Shown piece after piece: positions 1-7,992 of a stretch of DNA of 21,468 bases. The notes under the pieces are model-generated. The model made no database searches and had not been told where the DNA came from. It was given only the letters and a program-made list of their open reading frames with translations. The position numbers and the translations under genes were made by a program. Position 1 is the stretch's first letter. The number at the start of each line of letters is the position of its first letter. Origin of the DNA: Candidatus Eiseniibacteriota bacterium (GTDB lineage Bacteria; Arandabacterota; Arandabacteria; Arandabacterales; Arandabacteraceae); contig JBDRNT010000114.1 of the NCBI GenBank assembly GCA_043810925.1, forward strand, positions 1 to 21,468, written 5' to 3'.

Positions 1-138
1 CGTCAGGCCGGCGCTTTGCCTGCGGCTTCCTTCAGATTCCACCTCACGGTGGACACCCTTGCCGTCCGGCTAACACTTCCCCCTGTCGGGTGTGTAGAGG
101 ACTTGCACCTCCAAGCAAGTGCGCCCTGCCGGGCGCAC
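1..138 (-). mobile_element. Group II intron, class IIC, 5' end (domain I); continues off the left edge of the window
   Basis: The minus strand from 138 reads GTGCGCCCGGCAGGGCGCACTTGCTTGGAGGTGCAAGTCCTCTACACACCCGACAGGGGGAAGTGTTAGCCGGACGGCAAGGGTGTCCACCGTGAGGTGGAATCTGAAGGAAGCCGCAGGCAAAG. It has the GUGYG 5' splice consensus and a IIC-like domain I sequence, and sits directly after a terminator hairpin and U-tract. Confidence 0.9.
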
Positions 139-142
139 ATAG

Positions 143-169
143 AAAAAGGGCCGCGGTCACCCGCGGCCC
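143..169 (-). terminator. Rho-independent terminator of the M10 protease gene, also the intron target
   Basis: Minus strand GGGCCGCGG-GTGA-CCGCGGCCC-TTTTT: perfect 9-bp stem, GNRA loop and U-tract, 20 nt after the stop codon. Confidence 0.9.
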
Positions 170-189
170 CATGTTAACCTGCGAGTAGT

Positions 190-1851
190 CTACCGGACCA
201 GAAGCGCCTGTTTCACCTCCGTCCGGTCTCCCGACCGGGCACGGAGGAAGTAAATTCCGCTGGCCGCTTCATTGCCCCGGCTATCCCGTCCGTCCCATAC
301 AACCTCAACGCTACCCGAGCTCGCTGCGTGACCGTCGATCACACGTGCAAGCCGGCCGGTCACATCAAACACCTCCACGGTGTACGGACCGGCGACCGGA
401 GCCATGAACCTGGCCCTCGCATCGGTACTGAATGGATTCGGGTAGACCGAGAAAGCGAGACCCGTCCGGGGCAGACCGTCGGGATCTGCAACAGGTACGC
501 CTGAGCCGGGATCGGAATAGATCGTCATGGTATATCGCTGAACATTGGTCCCCGTACCGGCTTTCCCGTAAACCCTGATCTGGTACGAACCCACCGAAGG
601 AACAGTATAGTTCAACACTTCCGTATCCTGCATGCCACCGGATGTTGCGCTCGTAAGAAGCGTCGTCCCCGCGGCGTTATAGAGCTCAATATCGGGATCG
701 GCTATCGAGTCGGTCGTCATCCAGGTGGGGTCTGCGCCGCCTTCTCTACCGAGCAGATACGTCGATCCGATGGGATCCACTTCGACTGTGATCGAGGTGT
801 TTGTCAGAGTCACCAGATACCAGTCGAAGTCGTTTTCTCCAGCGTCAAGCGAGAGATCCTCGACTATGGTTGTGTCGGTGATCGTACCCAGGTCGGTCGG
901 CTCGAGATTGGTGTCGTTCTCCTCGTAGGAATCGCCGTAGTTACGCATCCCGCCGCGGACATCGTCGTCCTGGGCGCCGACAAAAGCACCGGAACCGCAC
1001 TGGTAAGCCTCCATCAGCTTGGTGCAGTCGTTCGGGGTACAGTGACCGAGTCCGAAACCGTGGCCGTGTTCGTGCATTACCACATTCTTAAGGTTCCCGT
1101 AGTTGTTCGCGGGGTTATGGTAGAAGTCGACATCGTCGGTGTCGAGCACCATGTCCCCGCCATCAGGGTAATAGTTATAGGCGAGCACGTTCGATGGGCC
1201 GTCAATAGAGCGGCCACCGATCCGAACATCACCCCGTACACCCAGCGATCCCTGATTGTCAGGCATATTCGCACCGTCATCGGAAACCTCGATATACGTG
1301 ATGCCTGCAACAACCGACCAGCGATCAAAAGCGTTCCGGATCTTGGTCATCCACCCGTCACCACCCCAGGCCGCAGTGAAAACCGAGACCAGGTTACTCG
1401 AACCGCCATCCGCCCAGGTACCATCAGGCACAACGCCCCAGGTGATCGTGATCGGCTCACCGATGACACCCGTGTTTCCATCCATAACTGTGTAGTTCCA
1501 GCGGTCCCGCCTGTAGTAGCCGAGAAGTCCGGCACCGGGTGCATATGTGGGTAATTCTCTTAAGATCCTCTCCGCGTCCTCCGGGCTTGTGTCCGGGTGA
1601 AGACAGAAGGCCACGGGTCCGTATTCAACGTCCTTGCGTTCAGCCACTTGCCCGGCCAGTGCCATCACGGTCACCTCGCAGGCAATCTTGTCGAAGGGGT
1701 CCTGCGAGCTCATCAGGTCTCCCAGGGTGGGAGATTTCCCATATGAATCTGTCGAACTCCTGGGGGCAAGAAACGTGACGAAAAGCAGCATGGAAAGAAG
1801 TGCAGCCCCTCCAAACGTCAACACAACCGAACGGTGTCCGTTCAAACTCAT
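190..1851 (-). CDS. Secreted M10/matrixin-family zinc metalloprotease with a PPC-like domain and a C-terminal FlgD-Ig domain
   Basis: Metzincin motif HEHGHGFGLGH (1042-1074), Met-turn LMEAY, upstream 'IDGPSNVLAYNYYP', hydrophobic N-terminus, and tail 'VYPNPF...FDVTGRL...WDGRD...ASGIYF'. AGGAGG lies 8 nt before ATG 1851, which is preferred over TTG 1857. Confidence 0.88.
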   Translation of the reverse strand: MSLNGHRSVVLTFGGAALLSMLLFVTFLAPRSSTDSYGKSPTLGDLMSSQDPFDKIACEVTVMALAGQVAERKDVEYGPVAFCLHPDTSPEDAERILRELPTYAPGAGLLGYYRRDRWNYTVMDGNTGVIGEPITITWGVVPDGTWADGGSSNLVSVFTAAWGGDGWMTKIRNAFDRWSVVAGITYIEVSDDGANMPDNQGSLGVRGDVRIGGRSIDGPSNVLAYNYYPDGGDMVLDTDDVDFYHNPANNYGNLKNVVMHEHGHGFGLGHCTPNDCTKLMEAYQCGSGAFVGAQDDDVRGGMRNYGDSYEENDTNLEPTDLGTITDTTIVEDLSLDAGENDFDWYLVTLTNTSITVEVDPIGSTYLLGREGGADPTWMTTDSIADPDIELYNAAGTTLLTSATSGGMQDTEVLNYTVPSVGSYQIRVYGKAGTGTNVQRYTMTIYSDPGSGVPVADPDGLPRTGLAFSVYPNPFSTDARARFMAPVAGPYTVEVFDVTGRLARVIDGHAASSGSVEVVWDGRDSRGNEAASGIYFLRARSGDRTEVKQALLVR

Positions 1852-1938
1852 GGTCAATACCTCCTCAGGTAAGCGCCGGCCAACGGCTCAACAGACGGGA
1901 GATACACATCTTCACCCGAATAGTCACACTCAAATCCA

Positions 1939-1967
1939 AGTATATCATAATCCGACCCTGGTTTCCA
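1939..1967 (-). promoter_or_regulatory. Putative sigma70 promoter (extended -10) of the M10 gene
   Basis: Minus strand TGGAAA-17 nt-TATACT with TG at the extended -10 position. Confidence 0.5.
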
Positions 1968-2130
1968 GCGGTTTCTGATCATATCCGACCGTTATTGTGA
2001 TGCCTGCTCCGACTTCAGAGTTTCAAAAATGTAGCCTAACTGACAGCAAATTCTGCCAATAATCGGCCATTTATTGCGAGCTTGAGTTGGAAATCTCGGC
2101 GCCGCAGCGGCCCATGTGCCGGAATGACAC

Positions 2131-2159
2131 TTGACCCACGGCCTGTGTGGCTATATCCT
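2131..2159 (+). promoter_or_regulatory. Putative sigma70 promoter of ftcD
   Basis: TTGACC (2131-2136)-17 nt-TATCCT (2154-2159), about 45 nt before the start. Confidence 0.45.
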
Positions 2160-2203
2160 TCAGATAACATACATCATCCGATTGTCCCGACAGACAGGGA
2201 GTA

Positions 2204-3886
2204 ATGGCTATGATAAAACTGGTCGAATGCGTTCCGAACTTCAGCGAAGGCCGTGACCTGGCCAAGATCGAACAGATTACAAACGAGATAAGCGCCACCG
2301 ACGGAGTTACTCTCCTTGATGTCGATCCCGGAAAGGATACCAACAGGACAGTCGTCACATTTGTCGGTTCGCCTGAGGCGGCTGTGGAGGCCGCATTCAG
2401 GGCGATCGCAAAGGCCGCAGAGGTGATCGACATGTCGCAGCACCACGGGGCCCACGCCCGGATGGGAGCAACCGATGTCTGCCCGTTCGTCCCGGTGTCA
2501 GGGCTTGATATGGATGATTGCGCCGAGCTTGCGAGGATACTGGGCAAACGTGTGGGTGATGAGCTGGGGATCCCTGTCTATCTCTATGAGTATGCGGCTT
2601 CAAGGCCGGAACGCAGGAGCCTCCCCGATGTGAGAGCCGGCGAGTACGAAGCTCTGCCGGATAAGCTCAAGAAACCGGAGTGGAAGCCTGATTTTGGGCC
2701 TGCGCAGTTCAAACCCGGCCCGGGGGCAACCGTGATCGGTGCGCGGGAGTTCCTGATTGCATACAACGTCAATCTCAACACCAGAGATACCGCGCTGGCC
2801 AAGGAGATAGCCTCTTCGATCCGTGAGAAGGGACGCGTCAAGCGGGATGCCGACCGCAAGATCGTGCGTGGTGAAGACGGCAAGGCCCTCCGCATCCCCG
2901 GCACGTTCAAGGAATGTAAGGCCGTAGGCTGGTACATGGAAGACTTCGGACGCGCCCAGGTATCCATAAACCTTACGAACTACAAGGTAACACCGCCCCA
3001 TCTCGTCTTCGATGAGTGCTGCAAGCTTGCCGAGACCATTGGGGCAAGGGTAACGGGCAGCGAGCTCGTCGGACTCATACCGCTGGAGGCCATGCGTATC
3101 GCAGGCCGTCATTACCTCGAAAAACAGGGTAGGTCCAGAGGCGTGCCGGAGGAGGAACTGATTCACGTCGCGGTACTCTCGATGGGACTGGGCGATCTTT
3201 ATCCTTTTGAGAAGGAGAAGAAGATCATCGAGTACCAGGTCAGGAAAGGCAAAACCCTCACCGGTATGACGGTGGATGACTTCACCAATCTCCTCTCTAC
3301 CGATGCACCTGCGCCCGGTGGCGGCAGCGTGGCGGCACTCTGCGGTGCCTTGAGTGGAGCACTGTCTTCGATGGTTGCAGCTCTTACCCACGGGAAGACA
3401 GGCTACGAGGATGTTTTCAAAGAGGTCGATGAGGTAGGGGTTGCGGGTCAGCGACTGAAAGATGAATTCCTCACGGATGTGGATCGTGACACCGACGCTT
3501 TCAACCGGGTGATGGATGCCATGCGGCTTCCCAGGAAGACCGATGACGACAAGGCGGCGCGCGAGACAGCCATGGAGGCAGCCAACAAGGAGGCCACGCT
3601 TGTGCCGCTTAACGTTCTCAGGCGCTCGTGGGACGCAGCCGAGCTTGCGCGGCGGGTGGTGGAAAAGGGAAACAAGAACTCGGTCAGTGATGCGGGCGTT
3701 GCGGCCCTGACCGCACGGGCGGCGGCCGAGGGGGCGTATCTCAACGTAACCATAAATCTGCCGGGGATCACCGACGAGAAGTTCAGGGCCGATACCGCGA
3801 AGGAAGCCGAGACGATCCGTAAGAAGGTCGTCAAACACACCGAGGAAACGGTCGGTTTAGCCGAGAAGATAATAGCTGAGCTGTAG
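2204..3886 (+). CDS. ftcD: Bifunctional glutamate formiminotransferase / formiminotetrahydrofolate cyclodeaminase
   Basis: N-terminal 'LVECVPNFSEGRD', 'NRTVVT', 'HHGAHARMGATDVCPFVP', 'GAREFLIAYNVNL'; C-terminal cyclodeaminase 'APAPGGGSVAAL' and 'GNKNSVSDAGVA...NVTINL'. The start could be 2210. Confidence 0.95.
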   Translation: MAMIKLVECVPNFSEGRDLAKIEQITNEISATDGVTLLDVDPGKDTNRTVVTFVGSPEAAVEAAFRAIAKAAEVIDMSQHHGAHARMGATDVCPFVPVSGLDMDDCAELARILGKRVGDELGIPVYLYEYAASRPERRSLPDVRAGEYEALPDKLKKPEWKPDFGPAQFKPGPGATVIGAREFLIAYNVNLNTRDTALAKEIASSIREKGRVKRDADRKIVRGEDGKALRIPGTFKECKAVGWYMEDFGRAQVSINLTNYKVTPPHLVFDECCKLAETIGARVTGSELVGLIPLEAMRIAGRHYLEKQGRSRGVPEEELIHVAVLSMGLGDLYPFEKEKKIIEYQVRKGKTLTGMTVDDFTNLLSTDAPAPGGGSVAALCGALSGALSSMVAALTHGKTGYEDVFKEVDEVGVAGQRLKDEFLTDVDRDTDAFNRVMDAMRLPRKTDDDKAARETAMEAANKEATLVPLNVLRRSWDAAELARRVVEKGNKNSVSDAGVAALTARAAAEGAYLNVTINLPGITDEKFRADTAKEAETIRKKVVKHTEETVGLAEKIIAEL

Positions 3887-3941
3887 CAGCGGGGTTCCAC
3901 CCCCGCAGGTCCATAGGTCGGGCACAGAGACCCGACGTTAC
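3883..3941. repeat. REP doublet (inward-facing GTAG-family palindromes) between convergent genes
   Basis: Plus: GTAGCAGCGGGGTTCCACCCCCGCAG. Minus: GTAACGTCGGGTCTCTGTGCCCGACC. Related copies at 4327-4410 and 7834-7941. Confidence 0.7.
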
Positions 3942-3943
3942 CG

Positions 3944-4288
3944 TCAATCCCGGCTGAGGGTTTCCAGGGTCTCATAGGCGTGGCGCAGGTGTGGGATCAC
4001 TATGCTCCCGCCCACGATCAGGGCTACGTTTAAGGCATCATGGATCTCGGCATCCGTATAGCCAGCCTCAGCACACTTTATCAGATGGTAGTCGACACAG
4101 TCATTGCATCGGAGCACGGTTGAAGCCACCAGGCCGAGCAACTCTTTGGTCTTGCCGGGTAGCGCACCGTCTTCATAGGCTGCGGCATCGAGCCTGAAGA
4201 AGCGCTTGATACCCGTGTGATCACCGTCAAGGATCTTCTTATTCATACGCTCGCGCCGCGCGCGAAATTCATCAAGATGTGACGGCAT
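3944..4288 (-). CDS. Carboxymuconolactone decarboxylase/AhpD-like family protein (CxxC)
   Basis: 'GALPGKTKELLGLVASTVLRCNDCVDYH...AEAGYTDAEI'. The start is set at ATG 4288 (MPSHL), which follows GGAAGGAG/AAGGAG; the upstream extension runs through REP DNA. Confidence 0.88.
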   Translation of the reverse strand: MPSHLDEFRARRERMNKKILDGDHTGIKRFFRLDAAAYEDGALPGKTKELLGLVASTVLRCNDCVDYHLIKCAEAGYTDAEIHDALNVALIVGGSIVIPHLRHAYETLETLSRD

Positions 4289-4326
4289 CTCCTTGCTCCT
4301 TCCTACCCGTATAACACCGTCGGACC

Positions 4327-4410
4327 GTGGCATCGCGGTCCCATCCCCGACGTTCTTATCTTCGTCGGGCGCGGAGACCCGATACATCGGGCGCGGAGAC
4401 CCGACGCTAC
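4327..4410. repeat. REP cluster with an internal tandem duplication
   Basis: Plus: GTGGCATCGCGGTCCCATCCCCGACG. Minus: GTAGCGTCGGGTCTCCGCGCCCGA. The 18-mer TCGGGCGCGGAGACCCGA occurs at 4365-4382 and 4387-4404. Confidence 0.72.
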
Positions 4411-4422
4411 AAATGTGCTCTC

Positions 4423-6618
4423 TTAATCCCCGGGCTCGATTCCGAGCTCTTTAAGAACGTTGTGGGCACCGTCGACGAACTCAGCAATAAACAGTACGTA
4501 ACGGATATCCACGTGGATCGAACGCGTGATATCGTTCTGAAATGCAAAGTCGGCCGTCATCGCTTCGTAGTTCCCATCAAAGAGACAACCGACGAGCTCC
4601 CCCCTGGCATTGAGAAGAGGGCTCCCCGAATTACCGCCAGTTGAATCATGAGTCGTAAGCAAGTTCACGGGCACATCCCCAAGCGCCGGATGCAGGTATG
4701 AAGAATAACCCCGGCCGGCCGCCAGTTCGAGCAGCCTCTCGGGACAGTCAAACGGAGCCACACCGGTGTTCTTTGCCGCTACCTCCTGGAAGGCTGTGAA
4801 TGGAGTGTAGTGTATCTCGCCGTCCGGTGAGTAACCTTTGACCTCACCGAAGTTAAGACGCATTGTCCCATTGGCGTCGGGGTAGGGTTCATGTCCCGAC
4901 CACTCGGCGATCAGATCCATCCACTTCGGAGTGAGGCTGTGAAGCCCGCCGTCAAACGTCTGTTCCCGTCGGATCCTGGCTTCCTCTTCATCGTAGAGTC
5001 TTGCCGCCAGTGCAATGAAGGTATCACCTTTGCCCAGAAGCTCCTCATGTGACATGTCGAACAACGCAAGACGCTCATCCCTGTCGTCAAGTTCGGTGCC
5101 GGCGTAGAGATCATCCAGGAAGATCTCGATGGCTTCTTCAAGCTCAGATCCCGTCTTCCCATCAAACAACTCATCCACAACCTCGACCCTCTGACCCTCC
5201 GGGAGCCTAAGCATTTCATGGAGGAACATCCTCAGCAGGGCGCGATCACTCTCCAGATGCAGGCTCATCTGGAAGAACCGGAGCTTTCTCTTGTTGTCGG
5301 GGATCCACCGATCCATGTAGTCAGGATCGCGATCCATGTCATCTTTCTCTTTCTCGATGCTCCACTTGTAGAGGAGCATGGCCTGGGTGAGCAGGGTCCC
5401 ACGGGAGAACATCATATCAAGCAGAAGATCGCGCATCGCGCCCTTCGCGCGGCCATCATAAGTCGCTTTGAACTGGGCGAGAAGCCTCCCGTATTTCTCG
5501 TTCATGGACGGTTCACTCGCCAGGTAGGTTCGGATCTCCTGTTCCAAGTCTTGCTGGCGCTTGACAAGTCCGAATCGCTTGAAACCCTCCAGCATACCCT
5601 CATTGTTTTTAAGGCGGTTGTTCATGGTCTTTATCATCGAGGCCACCCTGACAGCGGCAACCGGGTCTTTCCTGGATTGCCCATCGAGGATCCCCACCAT
5701 CTCTTTGTACAGCCTTATCCTCTCGGGATATTCGAAGTTCTCAAAGTCCCGCAGTGCGTAAGATGTGAGGTACCTCCGGGTTCTGCCCGGGAAGCCGATG
5801 ATCATACTGAAGTCGCCGTCCTTAAGTCCTTCGGGCGCTATCTTAAGATGAGTCGTCGGCCGGTACGGGACATTGCCGTCACTGAACTCCGCCGGACTTC
5901 CGTCGGGAGCCACATAGGCGCGGAGAAAGGAGAAGTCTCCTGTGTGCCGCGGCCACATCCAGTTGTCTATGTCACCACCGTACTCCCCGATGGCCCGTGA
6001 CGGGACATATACCACTCGAACGTCCTTTATTCTTAAGAATGTGTAGAGCAGGTACTTCGATCCGCCAGAAAACTCCCGGACCTCGCAATACACATCTCTT
6101 CCTGCCTCGGCCTTTCTTATGATCTCCTTCTTTCTTTGCTCGATTGCTTTGTAGCGATGCAGAGGCGACATCAGTCGCTCGACCGCTGATAAGACCTCCT
6201 GAGTTACATCCTCAGTCGACTTGATTACCTGGGCCGTGTAGCCGTAGGCGGGTGCTTCCGCATCCCGGGTCTGTGCCAGAAAGCCGTTTTCGATATAGTT
6301 CTTAGCCGGGGTGCTAATGCGCTGTACCGCCCCGAACGCAACATGGTGGTTTGTAAGAATGAGCCCCTCCTTGGAAACAAAGGAACCGGTCGCGCCGAGT
6401 TTGACTACCGCATTCGCTACCCCCGTCCCCGCGGTGTTGTAGATTTCTTCCCGGCTGAGCTCGAGACCCATTTCATGCATCTCGGTCATTACCTCATCGG
6501 GCAGTTCGTGAGGAAGCCACATCCCTTCCTCGCACCGGCCGGGGCCGGGCCATGCCAGGGCTGCGACAATGGCGGCGCAACCCGCCACAGCAGCAAGCGT
6601 ACGCGGTATCATCTTCAT
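4423..6618 (-). CDS. S46 family dipeptidyl peptidase (DPP7-like), secreted
   Basis: Signal peptide then 'EEGMW', 'TGSFVSKEGLILTNHHV', 'DNWMWPRHTGDFS', catalytic 'TGGNSGSP', and 'FDGNYEAM' (Gly at the DPP7/DPP11 specificity position, so DPP7-type). Confidence 0.93.
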   Translation of the reverse strand: MKMIPRTLAAVAGCAAIVAALAWPGPGRCEEGMWLPHELPDEVMTEMHEMGLELSREEIYNTAGTGVANAVVKLGATGSFVSKEGLILTNHHVAFGAVQRISTPAKNYIENGFLAQTRDAEAPAYGYTAQVIKSTEDVTQEVLSAVERLMSPLHRYKAIEQRKKEIIRKAEAGRDVYCEVREFSGGSKYLLYTFLRIKDVRVVYVPSRAIGEYGGDIDNWMWPRHTGDFSFLRAYVAPDGSPAEFSDGNVPYRPTTHLKIAPEGLKDGDFSMIIGFPGRTRRYLTSYALRDFENFEYPERIRLYKEMVGILDGQSRKDPVAAVRVASMIKTMNNRLKNNEGMLEGFKRFGLVKRQQDLEQEIRTYLASEPSMNEKYGRLLAQFKATYDGRAKGAMRDLLLDMMFSRGTLLTQAMLLYKWSIEKEKDDMDRDPDYMDRWIPDNKRKLRFFQMSLHLESDRALLRMFLHEMLRLPEGQRVEVVDELFDGKTGSELEEAIEIFLDDLYAGTELDDRDERLALFDMSHEELLGKGDTFIALAARLYDEEEARIRREQTFDGGLHSLTPKWMDLIAEWSGHEPYPDANGTMRLNFGEVKGYSPDGEIHYTPFTAFQEVAAKNTGVAPFDCPERLLELAAGRGYSSYLHPALGDVPVNLLTTHDSTGGNSGSPLLNARGELVGCLFDGNYEAMTADFAFQNDITRSIHVDIRYVLFIAEFVDGAHNVLKELGIEPGD

Positions 6619-6624
6619 CTCATG

Positions 6625-7428
6625 TCACCTCCGGTTGTCCGGCCCTTTCGCGATTTCCTTGAAGTCGATGTTGCTCATGACCTCCTCTAACCACGTCCGG
6701 GCAATACCAGACTTGCTCCGAATGTCATCCGCATCCTTGACGAAGTAGAGATCGGCAAGTCTGGCCACCAGGTCGGGTGGGAGATCATAATGGACATAGC
6801 GTGTCTTAAAGTCGTGCCGGACCGGCTTGTGTTTGATACGCAGCACCTCCACAAGCGAGCCGAGTATCAACCGGTGATAAAGATCCAGTGCCTCGATATC
6901 GTTATGCCTGTTCAGTTCCTTTTCAACGAAGCAGCCGAAGGTCTCAAGACGTTTCTGGATCTGTCGTACCCGGTCTCTTAACTTGCCCGAGAGCTTCTCC
7001 CGGTCGAGGGCCGGGCAAGTCAGGAGGTTGGCCTTGTTGAAATGAAACAGCGAGCTGCCGTGTATCTCCGGCTGGAGCAGCTTGTCCTCAGCACTGTGCT
7101 TGAACACGGCGAAGTCGATCAACATGAATTCCGGGGTCCCTTTGAGCCGGTAGAACGCCTGTACATACTCCCCCAGGGCCGGCTCCGGGACGTCGTACTT
7201 GTGCTCGATGGGAGCCAGTGATTCGAGCGCACCTTCCACTACCGGGAAGGTATCGGTCACCCGCTCATCGTCGGCATCGACGCAGATATCGATATCCGAC
7301 CACTCATCGACACGGCCGAAGGCAACAGCTCCCCCCTCCCACAGGGCATATACGTAATCAAGGGGCTCCAGCGCAGCTACTATCGTTCGGACAATCTTGT
7401 CGCGGCTCGGTGTATGGTCAGGCTTCAT
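6625..7428 (-). CDS. Pol-beta-fold nucleotidyltransferase with a helical C-terminal domain (LinB/Lnu- or AadK-like architecture)
   Basis: 'ALWEGGAVAFGRVDEWSDIDICV' matches the hG[GS]x9-13DhD motif; third Asp in 'LIDF'; 267 aa. Confidence 0.75.
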   Translation of the reverse strand: MKPDHTPSRDKIVRTIVAALEPLDYVYALWEGGAVAFGRVDEWSDIDICVDADDERVTDTFPVVEGALESLAPIEHKYDVPEPALGEYVQAFYRLKGTPEFMLIDFAVFKHSAEDKLLQPEIHGSSLFHFNKANLLTCPALDREKLSGKLRDRVRQIQKRLETFGCFVEKELNRHNDIEALDLYHRLILGSLVEVLRIKHKPVRHDFKTRYVHYDLPPDLVARLADLYFVKDADDIRSKSGIARTWLEEVMSNIDFKEIAKGPDNRR

Positions 7429-7432
7429 CGAA

Positions 7433-7732
7433 TTACTTCAGTTTTGCCTCAACGCTACCGACTTTCTCACCCATGGTCTGATCCCTGTCGGTACGCGTCC
7501 CCACCTTGATCACCGTTGAGACCCGTGGTGCGCCCATCTCGTGCACAACCTCATGGCAGCGTTTGAAGGCGTCGAATACGGCGTCCCACTCCCCCTCCAC
7601 ATTCGTCCCGTAAGCATGGAGATGCGTATCCAGTTCCGCTTCCGTGAAGACACGCTCGCACGCAGCCACATACCTGGACAGCGAAACCCCGACGCCGATC
7701 GGGACTATGCTCACATCAGCTATTACCTTCAT
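7433..7732 (-). CDS. MTH1187/YkoF-family thiamine-binding protein
   Basis: 'IADVSIVPIGVGVSLSRYVA...LHAYGTNVEGEWD...CHEVVHEMGAPRV...RTDR'; 99 aa; GGAGG RBS. Confidence 0.92.
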   Translation of the reverse strand: MKVIADVSIVPIGVGVSLSRYVAACERVFTEAELDTHLHAYGTNVEGEWDAVFDAFKRCHEVVHEMGAPRVSTVIKVGTRTDRDQTMGEKVGSVEAKLK

Positions 7733-7781
7733 GATGTTCCACCTCCCGGATTACTCGACCGACCATGATCTTACAGCACTG

Positions 7782-7979
7782 ATTTCGGGGACACCATACT
7801 TAATTAGGTTCGACCGGATCCCGGGCAATGGCGGTAACGTCAGGGTTCCATCCCCGACGTAAAGGCCGTCGCCTGAGGAGCGACGACGCTACAATGTCGG
7901 CCACAGAGTCGGCCACAGAGATCGGGCGCTACAGCCCGACGTAATTAGGTGACGTAATTGAGTATGGTGTCACCGAAAT
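7782..7979. repeat. Composite REP/MITE-like element: 25-bp inverted repeats enclosing GTAG-type REPs
   Basis: ATTTCGGGGACACCATACTTAATTA (7782-7806) matches the reverse complement of 7955-7979, ATTTCGGTGACACCATACTCAATTA, at 23/25. Inside are GTAACGTCAGGGTTCCATCCCCGACG (+, 7834), GTAGCGTCGTCGCTCCTCAGGCGACG (-, 7892) and a tandem GTCGGCCACAGA x2. Confidence 0.7.
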
Positions 7980-7992
7980 TGACTCTGGGCAC

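Noticed and set aside
1-138. Riboswitch, tRNA or IS end
   Set aside because: The GTGCG boundary directly after a terminator and the domain I-like sequence fit a IIC intron better.
2600-3838. 412-aa antisense ORF, and other long shadow ORFs such as 5218-6000 and 20219-20851
   Set aside because: They fully overlap well-supported genes on the opposite strand and show no motifs; expected in GC-rich DNA.
4289-4387. N-terminal extension of the CMD ORF
   Set aside because: It runs through REP DNA; the RBS and family length favour ATG 4288.
4365-4404. 18-bp direct repeats as a mini-CRISPR
   Set aside because: Only two copies with a 4-nt gap, no spacers and no cas genes; explained by REP duplication.
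6625-7732. MNT-HEPN toxin-antitoxin or CBASS-type defence system
   Set aside because: The partner is a MTH1187 protein; no HEPN RNase gene, CD-NTase features or effector is seen.
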